Assembly: GCA_031414735.1 (NCBI GenBank)
Contig: JANNWL010000227.1
Span: 1,909 to 65,908 of the forward strand
Direction of reading: 5' to 3'
DNA length: 64,000 nt
From: Burkholderiales bacterium
Lineage (GTDB): Bacteria > Pseudomonadota > Gammaproteobacteria > Burkholderiales > Burkholderiaceae_C
Below the pieces are notes generated by a model. It was not told the DNA's origin and ran no database searches. It saw only the letters and a program-made list of their open reading frames with translations. A program made the position numbers and the translations under genes. Within the stretch, counting starts at the first letter, position 1. Each line of letters opens with the position of its first letter. This document shows positions 9,145 through 18,953 of the stretch, piece after piece.

Positions 9145-9822
9145 ATGGGCATTTCCACACTCACAAGACTGGCCGCGCTGGGCCTGCCCGTGGCGCTGTC
9201 GGGCTGCTTCACGCTCTACCCGCGCGTCGACGTGGCCGAAACGCTGCCCGTGCCCGAACCCGTGGCGGCGGTGCCGGTCACGGGCAACGGCGCCATCTTC
9301 CAGTCGGGCAACTACCGGCCGCTGTTCGAAGACCACCGCGCGCGGCTGGTCGGCGACACGTTGGTGGTGCAGATCGTGGAGAAGGTCAGCGCCAGCCAGA
9401 AGTCCACCAGCTCCATCGACAAGGGCGGCACCATTGCCGGCTCGGTCACGGCGCTGCCGGGGGTCAAGCCAGCGGCCTTCGCGCGCGCCAACGCAGCGGG
9501 CAGCTCGGCCAACACCTTTGCCGGCAAGGGCGCCACCGAAAGCAGCAACGACTTCTCGGGGACCATCACCGTCATCGTGCGCGGGGTGTTGCCCAACGGC
9601 CATCTGCTCATCACCGGGGAGAAGCAGATCGGCGTCAACAGCAATGTCGACGTTCTGCGTTTCTCGGGCCAGGTCGACCCGCGCGCCATCCAGCCCGGCA
9701 ACAGCGTGCAGAGCGCGCAGGTCGCCAACGTGCGGCTTGAACACCGCGGCCGCGGTGCGCAGGCCGACGCCCAGGCGATCGGCTGGCTGTCGAGGGTGTT
9801 TCTTTCGGTCATGCCCATATGA
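9145..9822 (+). CDS. flgH: Flagellar L-ring lipoprotein FlgH
   Basis: Lipobox [23 protein letters not shown]. Confidence 0.96.
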   Translation: MGISTLTRLAALGLPVALSGCFTLYPRVDVAETLPVPEPVAAVPVTGNGAIFQSGNYRPLFEDHRARLVGDTLVVQIVEKVSASQKSTSSIDKGGTIAGSVTALPGVKPAAFARANAAGSSANTFAGKGATESSNDFSGTITVIVRGVLPNGHLLITGEKQIGVNSNVDVLRFSGQVDPRAIQPGNSVQSAQVANVRLEHRGRGAQADAQAIGWLSRVFLSVMPI

Positions 9823-10955
9823 AGACTTCCGTTCTGGACCGCATCGTCCGCGGCGCGGTCCTGCTCGCCGCGGTGGTCGCCAGCGCCGCCCTGTGGTGGC
9901 CGCACCCGGCCGCGGCGGCCGTGCGCATCAAGGAAGTCGCCGCCGTGCAGGGCGTGCGCAGCAACCCGCTGGTCGGCTACGGCCTGGTCGTGGGCCTGGA
10001 CGGCAGTGGCGACCAGACCACGCAGACGCCCTTCACCACGCAAAGCCTCAACGCCATGCTGCAGCAGCTCGGCGTGACGGTGCCGGCCGGCACCACCATG
10101 CAGCTGCGCAATGTGGCCGCGGTGATGATCACGGCGCAGCTGCCGCCGTTCGCGCAGCCGGGCCAGGCCATCGACGTCAACGTGTCGTCGGTGGGCAATG
10201 CCAAGAGCCTGCGCGGCGGCACGCTGATCGCGTCGCCGCTGAAGGGCGCCGACGGCCAGATCTACGCGCTGGCGCAGGGCAATCTCATCGTCGGCGGGGC
10301 AGGGGCCTCGGCGAACGGGTCCAAGGTGCAGATCAACCACCTGTCGGCCGGCCGCATCCCCGACGGCGCCACGGTAGAACGCTCAGTGCCGACGCCGCTG
10401 CTCGACGGCGACACGCTCACCCTGGGTCTGTCGGCCAGCGACTTCAACACCGCACGCGCCGTGGCCGCGGCCATCAACAACGCCAAGGGAGCGGGCACCG
10501 CCACGGCGCTGGACGGCCGCACCGTGCGCATGCGCCCACCCGTGGGCGGCGACCGCGTCGGCTTCCTGGCCGACATCGAAAACCTGTCCCTGGAACTGGC
10601 CCGGCCGGCGGCTCGCATCGTGCTCAACGCACGCACCGGCTCGGTGGTCTTCAACGAGGCCGTCACCCTGGGCGCCTGCGCGGTGGCGCATGGCAACCTC
10701 ACCGTCACCATCAGCACCACGCCCGTGGTCAGCCAGCCGAATTCCTTTGGCCAGGGGCAGACGGTGCAGGCCGAGAAGTCGGACATCGCCATTGCCCAGG
10801 AAGGCAATGCGCTGGTGCAGATGCCTGCCGGCACGCGCCTGAGCGACGTCGTCAAGGCGCTCAACGCGCTGGGTGCCACGCCGATGGACCTGCTGGCCAT
10901 CCTGCAGGCCATGAAGAGCGCTGGTGCGCTGCACGCCGAGATCGAAGTCATCTGA
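9819..10955 (+). CDS. flgI: Flagellar P-ring protein FlgI
   Basis: [42 protein letters not shown]. Confidence 0.97.
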   Translation: MKTSVLDRIVRGAVLLAAVVASAALWWPHPAAAAVRIKEVAAVQGVRSNPLVGYGLVVGLDGSGDQTTQTPFTTQSLNAMLQQLGVTVPAGTTMQLRNVAAVMITAQLPPFAQPGQAIDVNVSSVGNAKSLRGGTLIASPLKGADGQIYALAQGNLIVGGAGASANGSKVQINHLSAGRIPDGATVERSVPTPLLDGDTLTLGLSASDFNTARAVAAAINNAKGAGTATALDGRTVRMRPPVGGDRVGFLADIENLSLELARPAARIVLNARTGSVVFNEAVTLGACAVAHGNLTVTISTTPVVSQPNSFGQGQTVQAEKSDIAIAQEGNALVQMPAGTRLSDVVKALNALGATPMDLLAILQAMKSAGALHAEIEVI

Positions 10956-10970
10956 GCGCCGGAGAGCCCC

Positions 10971-11861
10971 GTGAACAGCCCTTCCTCCATCAACGCCAGC
11001 CTGGGTGCATCGCGTGGTTTGGCCATCGACAGCCGCTCGCTCGACGCCCTGCGCGCACGCGCTGCCACCGACCCCAAGGCGGCGGTACGCGAGTCGGCGC
11101 GTCAGTTCGAAGCGCTGTTCATGAACGAGCTGATGAAGAGCATGCGCGCCACGGTGTCCGACTCGGGCATGCAGGGTGACGGCGGGTCCAAGCTGGGCGC
11201 CGACATGCTGGACCAGCAGTACGCCAACCAGCTCACGGGCATGAAGGGCGGGCTGTCTGAGGCCATCATGCGCCAGCTCGAGCGGCAGATGGGCTTGGCC
11301 CCTGGGCCCATCCCGGTCACGGGGTCGGCCAACAACACGCCCGAGCCGCTCGCCGCCCAGCCCGCGCCGACGCGCATGCCGCAGGCGGGTGCCGCCGGCT
11401 TCGTGCAGCAGCACGACGGCGCGGCGAGAAAAGCAGAGGTCGCCACCGGCATCCCGGCGGCCTTCATGGTGTCGCAGGCCGCGCTGGAGACGGGTTGGGG
11501 CCGCAAGGAAATTCGCCATGCCGATGGAGCGCCGTCGTTCAACCTCTTCGGCATCAAGGCCGGCGGGGCCTGGAAGGGGCCCGTGGCCGAGGTCATTACC
11601 ACCGAATACATCGACGGCCGGGCGCAAAAGGTGACCGCCAGGTTCCGCGCTTACGGCAGCTACGCCGAGTCGTTCGCCGACTACGCCCAGCTCATCAAGG
11701 GCAGCCCGCGCTACGCCGGCGTGGTGGCCGACGCCAAATCGGCCCAAGGCTTTGCCCAGGGCCTGCAGCGCGCCGGTTACGCCACCGACCCCGCCTACGC
11801 CGACAAGCTGTCGCGGGTCATCAACACCACGCTGCGCTTGCAGAGAACGGGCGTTGCATGA
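10971..11861 (+). CDS. flgJ: Rod-capping protein / peptidoglycan hydrolase FlgJ
   Basis: RQFEALFMNELMKSMR rod-binding domain; QAALETGWG, NLFGIKA, YATDPAY glucosaminidase motifs. Confidence 0.97.
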   Translation: MNSPSSINASLGASRGLAIDSRSLDALRARAATDPKAAVRESARQFEALFMNELMKSMRATVSDSGMQGDGGSKLGADMLDQQYANQLTGMKGGLSEAIMRQLERQMGLAPGPIPVTGSANNTPEPLAAQPAPTRMPQAGAAGFVQQHDGAARKAEVATGIPAAFMVSQAALETGWGRKEIRHADGAPSFNLFGIKAGGAWKGPVAEVITTEYIDGRAQKVTARFRAYGSYAESFADYAQLIKGSPRYAGVVADAKSAQGFAQGLQRAGYATDPAYADKLSRVINTTLRLQRTGVA

Positions 11862-11889
11862 GCGCGTGTGACGAACTCGGAGGCGCCCC

Positions 11890-13845
11890 ATGAGCGGCTC
11901 ACCGCTGATGTCCCTGGGCATCAAGGCCATGAACGCGAACTTCGCGGCCCTGCAGACCACCGGCAACAACATCGCGAATGCCAACGTGGCGGGCTACTCG
12001 CGCCAGCAGGCGGAACTGTCGACCACGCCGGGCCAGTTCACGGGCAGTGGCTACTTCGGGCGCGGCGTGAATGTCGACACGGTCAGCCGCTCGCACGACG
12101 CCTTGCTGATGCGCGAGGCAGCGGGCGCCAAGTCGTTGTCGGCGATGGACGCCGCCAGGTTGTCACAGTTGAACCGGCTGGAGCAGATCTTCAAGCCCGG
12201 CCAGGCCGGCATGGGCCACGCCATCAGCCAGTTTCTGAACTCCATGGTGGACGTGAGCAGCCGCCCCGCCGACGGCTCGGCCCGCCAGGTGGTGCTGGCA
12301 CGGGCGGGCGAGCTGACGGCGCGCTTCAACAGCGCGGGCGCGGCCCTCAACGACCTGCAGGCCGGGGTGACCGCCGACATCAAGGCCGCCATCGCCGAGA
12401 CCAACAGCCTGACCGAGTCCATCGCGCAGGCCAACCAGCGCATCGCCGCGGTGAAGGGCCTGGGCCAGCCGGCCAACGACCTGCTGGACGAGCGCGACCG
12501 GCTCATCAGCCGCTTGAGCGAAAAGTTCCAGATCAGCCAGATCCCCGCCAGCGACGGCACCGTGGGCATCTTCATCAGCGGCGGCCAGCGCCTGGTGCTG
12601 GGCGTGCAGGCCAGCAAAATGGTGGTGGCGGCTGACGAGTCCAACCCCGAACGGGTCGCCGTGGGTATCCAGGACGGCCCCAACGTGCGGCTGCTGAACG
12701 ACGGCTCGCTCGGCAGTGGCCAGGTGGTCGGCCTGCTGCGCTTCCAGAACCGCGACCTCGTCGACGGTGCCAACCTGCTCGGCCGCCTGGCCGCCACCGT
12801 GGGTGCCGCTGTCAACACCCAGCAGCAGCGTGGCCTGAGCTTGAAGCCCCAGGGCAACGCGGGCGCGCCGCTGATGTTCGGCCTGGGCGCGGGCTATGGT
12901 GCGGCCGGGCCGCAGCAGGCCATGCCCCATGCCAACAACGCGCGCGGCCCCGGTGGCCCGCTGGGCAGCGTGTCCTTCACCATCAGCGACCCGACACGGC
13001 TGCAGGCCAGCGACTACCAAATCGAAGTCACTGCAGGCGTGGCCACCCTGCGGCGCCTGCCCGATGGCGCCGCCAGCCCGGTGGCCGACGGCGACGTGGT
13101 CGACGGCGTGAAGATCAGCTTCGGCGCCACCGGCCCGCAAGAGGGCGACCGATTCCTGCTGCGGCCCGTCGGCCGAGCCGCGCTGGACATGACGCGGCTG
13201 ATCGACGACCCGCGCGACCTGGCCGCCGCATCGCCGCTGGTGGCCACCATGGCCGCGACCAACACCGGCAGCGGCCGCATCGGCGCGCTCACCGCCACGG
13301 CCGCGCCGTTGCCGTTTCCGGGGCAGAACGAAACCATCACCTTCAACCGGCTGGTGCCGGCGCAGGACGGCTTCAACTTCACCGTCACGTCCAGCCTGGG
13401 TGGCGGGCCGGTGCCCTGGAACGCCGGCACCCCCGTGCGTGGCGCGAACGGCTTCGAGATCCAGATAGACGGCGTGCCCGCCGAGGGCGATGTGCTCCAG
13501 GTCGAACCCACGCCGGCCTCGGCCATCAGCAGCAACAACGGCAACGCCAACGCCCTGCTGGCGCTGCGCGACGCGGCGCTGGTCGACGGCCACACGTCCA
13601 CAGACGCCTATGCACTGGCCATGTCCGAGGTGGCGGTGCGGGTGCAAGGCGGGCGCACGGCGGCCGACCTGTCGGGCGCCGTGGCCGACCAGGCGAATGC
13701 GGCGTTGGGAGCGGCCACTGGCGTCAACCTGGACGAAGAGGCCGCGCGGCTGATCCAGTTCCAGCAAAGCTACCAGGCGGCGGCCAAGATGCTGCAGGTG
13801 GCGCAGACCCTGTTCGACGTGCTGCTGCAGACGACAGGCCGCTGA
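11890..13845 (+). CDS. flgK: Hook-associated protein FlgK
   Basis: TTGNNIANANVAGYSRQ, NDLLDERD, GVNLDEEAARLIQFQQSYQA. Confidence 0.97.
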   Translation: MSGSPLMSLGIKAMNANFAALQTTGNNIANANVAGYSRQQAELSTTPGQFTGSGYFGRGVNVDTVSRSHDALLMREAAGAKSLSAMDAARLSQLNRLEQIFKPGQAGMGHAISQFLNSMVDVSSRPADGSARQVVLARAGELTARFNSAGAALNDLQAGVTADIKAAIAETNSLTESIAQANQRIAAVKGLGQPANDLLDERDRLISRLSEKFQISQIPASDGTVGIFISGGQRLVLGVQASKMVVAADESNPERVAVGIQDGPNVRLLNDGSLGSGQVVGLLRFQNRDLVDGANLLGRLAATVGAAVNTQQQRGLSLKPQGNAGAPLMFGLGAGYGAAGPQQAMPHANNARGPGGPLGSVSFTISDPTRLQASDYQIEVTAGVATLRRLPDGAASPVADGDVVDGVKISFGATGPQEGDRFLLRPVGRAALDMTRLIDDPRDLAAASPLVATMAATNTGSGRIGALTATAAPLPFPGQNETITFNRLVPAQDGFNFTVTSSLGGGPVPWNAGTPVRGANGFEIQIDGVPAEGDVLQVEPTPASAISSNNGNANALLALRDAALVDGHTSTDAYALAMSEVAVRVQGGRTAADLSGAVADQANAALGAATGVNLDEEAARLIQFQQSYQAAAKMLQVAQTLFDVLLQTTGR

Positions 13846-13918
13846 GGCCGGCCGCCAAGGCACGCCATCCACGTACGCCGCCGCAGCGGCGGCCTGACAC
13901 TTTCGGAGTTCCCGACCC

Positions 13919-14845
13919 ATGCGCATCAACACCGCCCAGTCCTTTGACGCTGCGATATCCCAGTTGCAGAAGCGCCAGATCGCGATGAGCGAAGCGCAGC
14001 AGCAACTGACCAGCGGCAAGCGCGTCCAGCGCGCCAGCGACGACCCGGCCTCGGCCGCGCGTGCCGAACGTGCGATGGCCGCCATGGCGCGCAGCGAGGC
14101 CAGCATGCGCGGGCTGGACACGAGCCGCAGCATGACCATGTTCACCGAGGCCGCCCTGGGCGACGCCGGCGAGTTGCTGCAACAGGCGCGCGAAGTCATG
14201 GTGGGCGCCGGCAACGGCAGCTACTCAGACAACGACCGCAAATCGCTGGCCGCCAAGCTCAGCGGCTTGCGCAATGACCTGCTGTCGGTGGCCAACCGCA
14301 GCGACGGCAACGGCCGCTACCTGTTCAGCGGCCAAGGCAGCGACGTGCCGCCGCTGGTCGACGGCCCGGGGGGCGTCATCTACGCGGGCACCATCGGCCA
14401 GTTGCAGGCCTCGGCCGGCGAGGCCGCCACGCTGTCGTTCGACGGCGACCAGACCTGGCTGCGCGCCCCCGACCCGGCCAACCCGGGCGCCACCTTGTCG
14501 GTGTTTGGGGTGATGGACCGCTTGGTCGCCGAGCTGAACACGCCGGGTCGGTCGGGCGCAGTGATATCGCAGTCGGTGACCACCGGCCTGCGCGACCTGG
14601 ACGCCGTGATGGGCAACCTGTCGAGCGGGCGCGCCCGCGCTGGTGAGGCCCTGGTGCGTGCCGACGGCATCGAGGACCGCCTGAGCCAGGCCAAGCTCGA
14701 CGCCCAGACCGAGCGCTCCAAGGCCGAGGACCTCGACATGGTGGCCGCGATATCGGACTTCCAGTCGAAACAGACCGGCTACGATGCCGCGCTGAGGACC
14801 TATTCCATCGTGCAGCGCATGTCGCTGGTCGACTACCTCAAGTAA
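13919..14845 (+). CDS. flgL: Hook-associated protein FlgL
   Basis: Flagellin-like N-terminus SGKRVQRASDDP, GRYLFSG, C-terminal YDAALRTYS. Confidence 0.95.
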   Translation: MRINTAQSFDAAISQLQKRQIAMSEAQQQLTSGKRVQRASDDPASAARAERAMAAMARSEASMRGLDTSRSMTMFTEAALGDAGELLQQAREVMVGAGNGSYSDNDRKSLAAKLSGLRNDLLSVANRSDGNGRYLFSGQGSDVPPLVDGPGGVIYAGTIGQLQASAGEAATLSFDGDQTWLRAPDPANPGATLSVFGVMDRLVAELNTPGRSGAVISQSVTTGLRDLDAVMGNLSSGRARAGEALVRADGIEDRLSQAKLDAQTERSKAEDLDMVAAISDFQSKQTGYDAALRTYSIVQRMSLVDYLK

Positions 14846-14868
14846 GCCCCTTCCCCTCTCCCTGCTGC

Positions 14869-16128
14869 ATGCAAGCACATCCCGTCCTCGGCCAGGTGAC
14901 GCTGGGTTACAGCCCGCTGGTGAACCGACAGCGCAACGTGGTCGCGACCCGGCTGACGGTGTTTCCGGCGCGCCCGGATGTGCTGCCCGACATGCCCGCG
15001 CTGATGCGCGTGGTCTGCGATGTCTGGCCCGCCAGCACGGGTGAGGCCCCGGCGGGCGCGTCACGCAGGCCAGATGGCGGGCCCGATGCAGTGCCCGGCG
15101 GCGCGCGCTGGCCGGTATCGCTCAACATCGCGGGCGAGACCCTGTTGCAGGCCGCCCTGGCCCATCCGCTGCCGCCTCAATTGATGATGGAAGTGCCAGC
15201 CTTCATGGCCGGAGACCCGGCGCACGAAGTGGCCATCAAGACCTTGCACGCTGCCGGCGCCGTGTTGTTGATCAAGGGGCGGCCGCGGGCGCCGCTGCAG
15301 CCAGACATGCTGGCCTGCTTTGCCCACAGCATCGTCGAGGCCGAGGAAGACCGCCGCACCGGCCCCGGCACGCTGCCTGGCGCGCGCCAGGTCACCACCC
15401 TCCAGGCCGGTGTCGTCACCCTGGCCGACATGGACGCCGCTTTCGCCCGCGGCGCCGTGGCCACCTTCGGCTGGCCCCTGGGTGACGAGCCGCCCTGCAG
15501 CGCCGGTCGCGACGCTGTGCCGTCCGACGTCGGGCTGGTGGTGGAGCTGATGAACGGCGTCGACCGCGACCTGCCGGTGGCCCGGTTGGAAGGCATCCTC
15601 AAGCGCGACCCGACGCTGGCATTCCGGCTGCTGCGCTACCTCAATTCACCGGGGTTCGGCCTGTCGGTCGAAGTCACGTCCTTCGGCCATGCGCTGATGC
15701 TGCTGGGCCCGCAGCGGCTCAAGCGCTGGCTGGCGCTGCTGCTGGCCTCGTCGAGCAAGGACCCCAACGCGCGACCGCTGCTCTTCGCTGCCATGCGCCG
15801 CGGTCTGCTGCTGGAAGCACTGACCGGCGACAGCGACGACGCCGGCATGCGCGGCGAGATTTTCATCTGCGGCATCTTCTCCTTGCTGGACCGGCTGCTG
15901 CGCCAACCGATGGCCAGCCTGCTGCAATGCGTGCCCATGCCCGAACGGGTCAACCTGGCACTGTGCGGGCAGGGCGGGCCTTACGCGCCCTACCTGGCCC
16001 TGGCCTGTGCGATCGAGCAGGAGTCGATGTTGGACATCCGCGAATGCACCGAACGCCTGTTCATGGGGCCGGCCGAAGTCAACCGTGCGTTGTTGACGTC
16101 GATGGCCGCAGCGCGCTTGCTCGATTGA
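14869..16128 (+). CDS. Degenerate EAL plus HDOD domain protein (YuxH/CdgJ-like architecture)
   Basis: HDOD motifs LKRDPTLAFRLLRYLNS, GIFSLLD; N-terminal EAL-like region lacks ExL and DDFG. Confidence 0.8.
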   Translation: MQAHPVLGQVTLGYSPLVNRQRNVVATRLTVFPARPDVLPDMPALMRVVCDVWPASTGEAPAGASRRPDGGPDAVPGGARWPVSLNIAGETLLQAALAHPLPPQLMMEVPAFMAGDPAHEVAIKTLHAAGAVLLIKGRPRAPLQPDMLACFAHSIVEAEEDRRTGPGTLPGARQVTTLQAGVVTLADMDAAFARGAVATFGWPLGDEPPCSAGRDAVPSDVGLVVELMNGVDRDLPVARLEGILKRDPTLAFRLLRYLNSPGFGLSVEVTSFGHALMLLGPQRLKRWLALLLASSSKDPNARPLLFAAMRRGLLLEALTGDSDDAGMRGEIFICGIFSLLDRLLRQPMASLLQCVPMPERVNLALCGQGGPYAPYLALACAIEQESMLDIRECTERLFMGPAEVNRALLTSMAAARLLD

Positions 16129-16146
16129 GCGTGCGCCGCCCGTCGC

Positions 16147-16173
16147 TCAAGTTGCCCGGGCCGGGGCCGAAAC
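16147..16173 (+). promoter_or_regulatory. Sigma-28 promoter upstream of the Hpt gene
   Basis: TCAAGTTG...GCCGAAAC, i.e. TCAA-N15-GCCGAAAC. Confidence 0.65.
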
Positions 16174-16266
16174 CAGTGGGAACACACCCGGCCCATGGGC
16201 GAATCGTCTCGCAGTGGCCTGCGGCGGCAGGCAGACCGGCCCGTCGTTGACTGACGAAAGACCTGC

Positions 16267-16683
16267 ATGAGCGACCCCGGCGGCCCCCGAATTGACCAGC
16301 CCAGAGACCCAGCCGGCACAGGCCCTGTCGTGCTGGACGCGATCGCGCTCGGCAAGCTGCGCGAACTCGACCCCGACGGCCGCCGCGGCGTGGTCAAGCG
16401 TGTCCTGACGGCCTTCGACTCGTCGCTGGATCGATGGATCAGCCAGCTCGAGGGCCAGCCCGATCCGCCCGACGCGGCAGCCCTGGCGGCCGTGGTGCAC
16501 ATCGCCCACACACTCAAGTCGTCCGCCAGCAGCGTGGGTGCCAAGGACCTGGCCAGGGCGTGTGCCGAGGTCGAGCTTTGGTTGCGCAACGGCGACCCCG
16601 TGGACCTGCCCCGAGAGATCCACCGAATGGTGTCTTTGGGTCGAGCCGCGCTGGCCGCCGTTCGGGCTATGCTGCAGCATTGA
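16267..16683 (+). CDS. Stand-alone Hpt phosphotransfer protein
   Basis: AHTLKSSASSVGA Hpt His motif, 138 aa. Confidence 0.92.
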   Translation: MSDPGGPRIDQPRDPAGTGPVVLDAIALGKLRELDPDGRRGVVKRVLTAFDSSLDRWISQLEGQPDPPDAAALAAVVHIAHTLKSSASSVGAKDLARACAEVELWLRNGDPVDLPREIHRMVSLGRAALAAVRAMLQH

Positions 16684-16696
16684 CCCACCGTTTCAG

Positions 16697-18946
16697 ATGC
16701 TGCCCCCAACCGCCTTCGTCGACACCAGCCAGTCCCGCCAACCCGAGGTCTTGCTGGTTGACGACGACGAGGTCAACCTGCTGCTGACGGCATTGGCCTT
16801 GCGCGAGCGCGGCTTCACCGTGGTGGAAGCCAGCAGTGGCGAACAAGCCCTGGCGCTGTTGCGCGACTGGACCCCGGACGTCATCGTGCTGGACGCCCTG
16901 ATGCCCGGGCTGGACGGCTTTGCCACCTGCACTTCGCTGCGCGAGTTGCCCGGCTTCGAAAACGTGCCGGTGTTGATGCTGACCGGTCTGGACGACGACG
17001 CATCCATCGCCCGCGCCTACGAGGCCGGGGCCTCGGACTTCTATGTCAAGGCCTCGCAGTGGAGCCTGCTGGCCGGACGGCTGCAGTACCTGCTGCGGGC
17101 CTCGCGCACCCGCATCGAACTGGAGCGCAGCAAGTCCAAGCTGGCCCGCGCGCAGGACCTGGCGCGCATGGGCAGCTTTGATTGGCATCGCCAGGGCAGC
17201 GGCATGTTGTTGTCGCCCGAGGCCTTGCGGGTGTTCGGTGTCGGCCCGCAGGACACCGTGACGCTGCGCGGCCTGCTGCGCATGGTGCCGCAGGACGAGC
17301 GGCGGGGCCTGCTGCGGCTGCTGCACGGCGCGCTGCGGCAGAACGCGGTGCTGGCCACCGACGTGCCGATCGTCTTGTTCGACGGCCGCCAACGCATCAT
17401 CCACGTCGAGGCCGAACCCGAGTTCAACGACCACGGCCAGTACGCCGGCTACACCGGCATCCTGCAGGACGTGACCGAACGCCGCCACGCCGAAGACAAG
17501 ATCCGCCAGCTCGCCAACTTCGACGCGCTCACCGGCTTGCCCAACCGCCGGCAACTGCTGTGGCGGGCCGAACGCGCGCTGGAACAGGCGCGCCGCATGC
17601 AGCACCAGTTTGCGCTGTTGCTGATCGACCTGGACCGCTTCAAGATCATCAACGACACCCTGGGCCACGGTGCAGGTGACGAACTGCTGGTCGAAGTCGG
17701 CCGGCGCCTGCGTGCTTGTGTCCGCCACAGCGACCAGGTCATGGAAAACGGCCTCGAAGCGGTCGGCGTCCGTTCACACCGCTCGCTCGAAGCGGTGGGC
17801 CGTCTGGGTGGCGACGAATTCGTGGCGCTGCTGCCCGAAGTCGTCGACGACCAGGACGCCGCCCGCGTCGCCCAGCGCGTGCTGGACACCTTGCGCGAAC
17901 CCATCTTCGTGAGCGGGCAGGAGTGTTTTGTCACTGCCAGCGTCGGCGTGGCGATCTACCCGCGTGACGGCGCCTCTGTGGTCGATCTGCTGCGCAATTC
18001 CGACGTGGCCATGTACTCGGTGAAGGCGCAGGGCAAGAACTCGGCTGCCATCTACAGCCCGCTGCTCGCCGGGCGTGGCCGCGAGAAGCTGGAGATCGAG
18101 ACCGCGCTGCACAAGGCCATCGAACGAGACGAACTGGTGCTGCACTACCAGCCCAAGGTGGACGTGCGCGGTGCCCGCATGGTCGGCGCCGAGGCGCTGA
18201 TGCGTTGGCAGCGCGGCGGCCGCCTGGTGCCCCCGGGCGACTTCATTCCGCTGGCCGAGGAAACCGGGCTCATCGTGCCGCTGTCCGAGTGGGCGCTGCG
18301 CGAGGCCGCCAAACAGGCGCGCGCCTGGCAACAGGCCTTTGGCTTCGCCGATTCCATCGCCGTGAACCTGCCCAGCCGGCTGTTCGAGCGCAGCGACCTG
18401 GTCGAGCACATCCACCAGTGCGTCACCTCGTGCGGCGTGCCGCACCGCGTGATCCAGCTCGAGATCACGGAAGACAACCTCATGAAAGAGTTGCAGAACG
18501 TCATCCCGTCGCTGCACCGGCTCAACGAGATCGGCGTCGAGATCTCCATCGACGACTTCGGCACCGGCTACTCGTCGCTGGCCTACCTGACGACGTTGCC
18601 GATCTCCGAACTCAAGATCGACCGCAGCTTCGTGCGCGACCTGGGCATCACGCCGCAAAGTTCGGCGGTGGTGACGGCCATCATTGCCCTGGCGCGCTCA
18701 CTCGGGCTGCGCGTGGTGGCCGAGGGCGTGGAAACGCTGCGCCAGATGGAAGTGTTGCACCGGCTGGGTTGCGGGCTGATGCAGGGTTTCTTGTTCAGCC
18801 GCGGCGTGCCTGCCGACGACCTGCAGCGCTGGCTGGAACAGACGGTGCTGCCGCGCAAGGCGCCGTGGATCGGCGCGGCCTCGGCGATCGAGCCCGACCC
18901 CGCCGACCTGGCCGCGCTGGCCGCCGGCGGCCGGCGCTTGCGCTGA
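16697..18946 (+). CDS. REC-PAS-GGDEF-EAL hybrid c-di-GMP enzyme
   Basis: VLLVDDD / VLDALMPGLDG receiver, PAS-like segment, RLGGDEF, GAEALMRW, DDFGTGYSSL, EGVE; ATG at 16697 is my choice. Confidence 0.93.
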   Translation: MLPPTAFVDTSQSRQPEVLLVDDDEVNLLLTALALRERGFTVVEASSGEQALALLRDWTPDVIVLDALMPGLDGFATCTSLRELPGFENVPVLMLTGLDDDASIARAYEAGASDFYVKASQWSLLAGRLQYLLRASRTRIELERSKSKLARAQDLARMGSFDWHRQGSGMLLSPEALRVFGVGPQDTVTLRGLLRMVPQDERRGLLRLLHGALRQNAVLATDVPIVLFDGRQRIIHVEAEPEFNDHGQYAGYTGILQDVTERRHAEDKIRQLANFDALTGLPNRRQLLWRAERALEQARRMQHQFALLLIDLDRFKIINDTLGHGAGDELLVEVGRRLRACVRHSDQVMENGLEAVGVRSHRSLEAVGRLGGDEFVALLPEVVDDQDAARVAQRVLDTLREPIFVSGQECFVTASVGVAIYPRDGASVVDLLRNSDVAMYSVKAQGKNSAAIYSPLLAGRGREKLEIETALHKAIERDELVLHYQPKVDVRGARMVGAEALMRWQRGGRLVPPGDFIPLAEETGLIVPLSEWALREAAKQARAWQQAFGFADSIAVNLPSRLFERSDLVEHIHQCVTSCGVPHRVIQLEITEDNLMKELQNVIPSLHRLNEIGVEISIDDFGTGYSSLAYLTTLPISELKIDRSFVRDLGITPQSSAVVTAIIALARSLGLRVVAEGVETLRQMEVLHRLGCGLMQGFLFSRGVPADDLQRWLEQTVLPRKAPWIGAASAIEPDPADLAALAAGGRRLR

Positions 18947-18953
18947 TCTGCCC

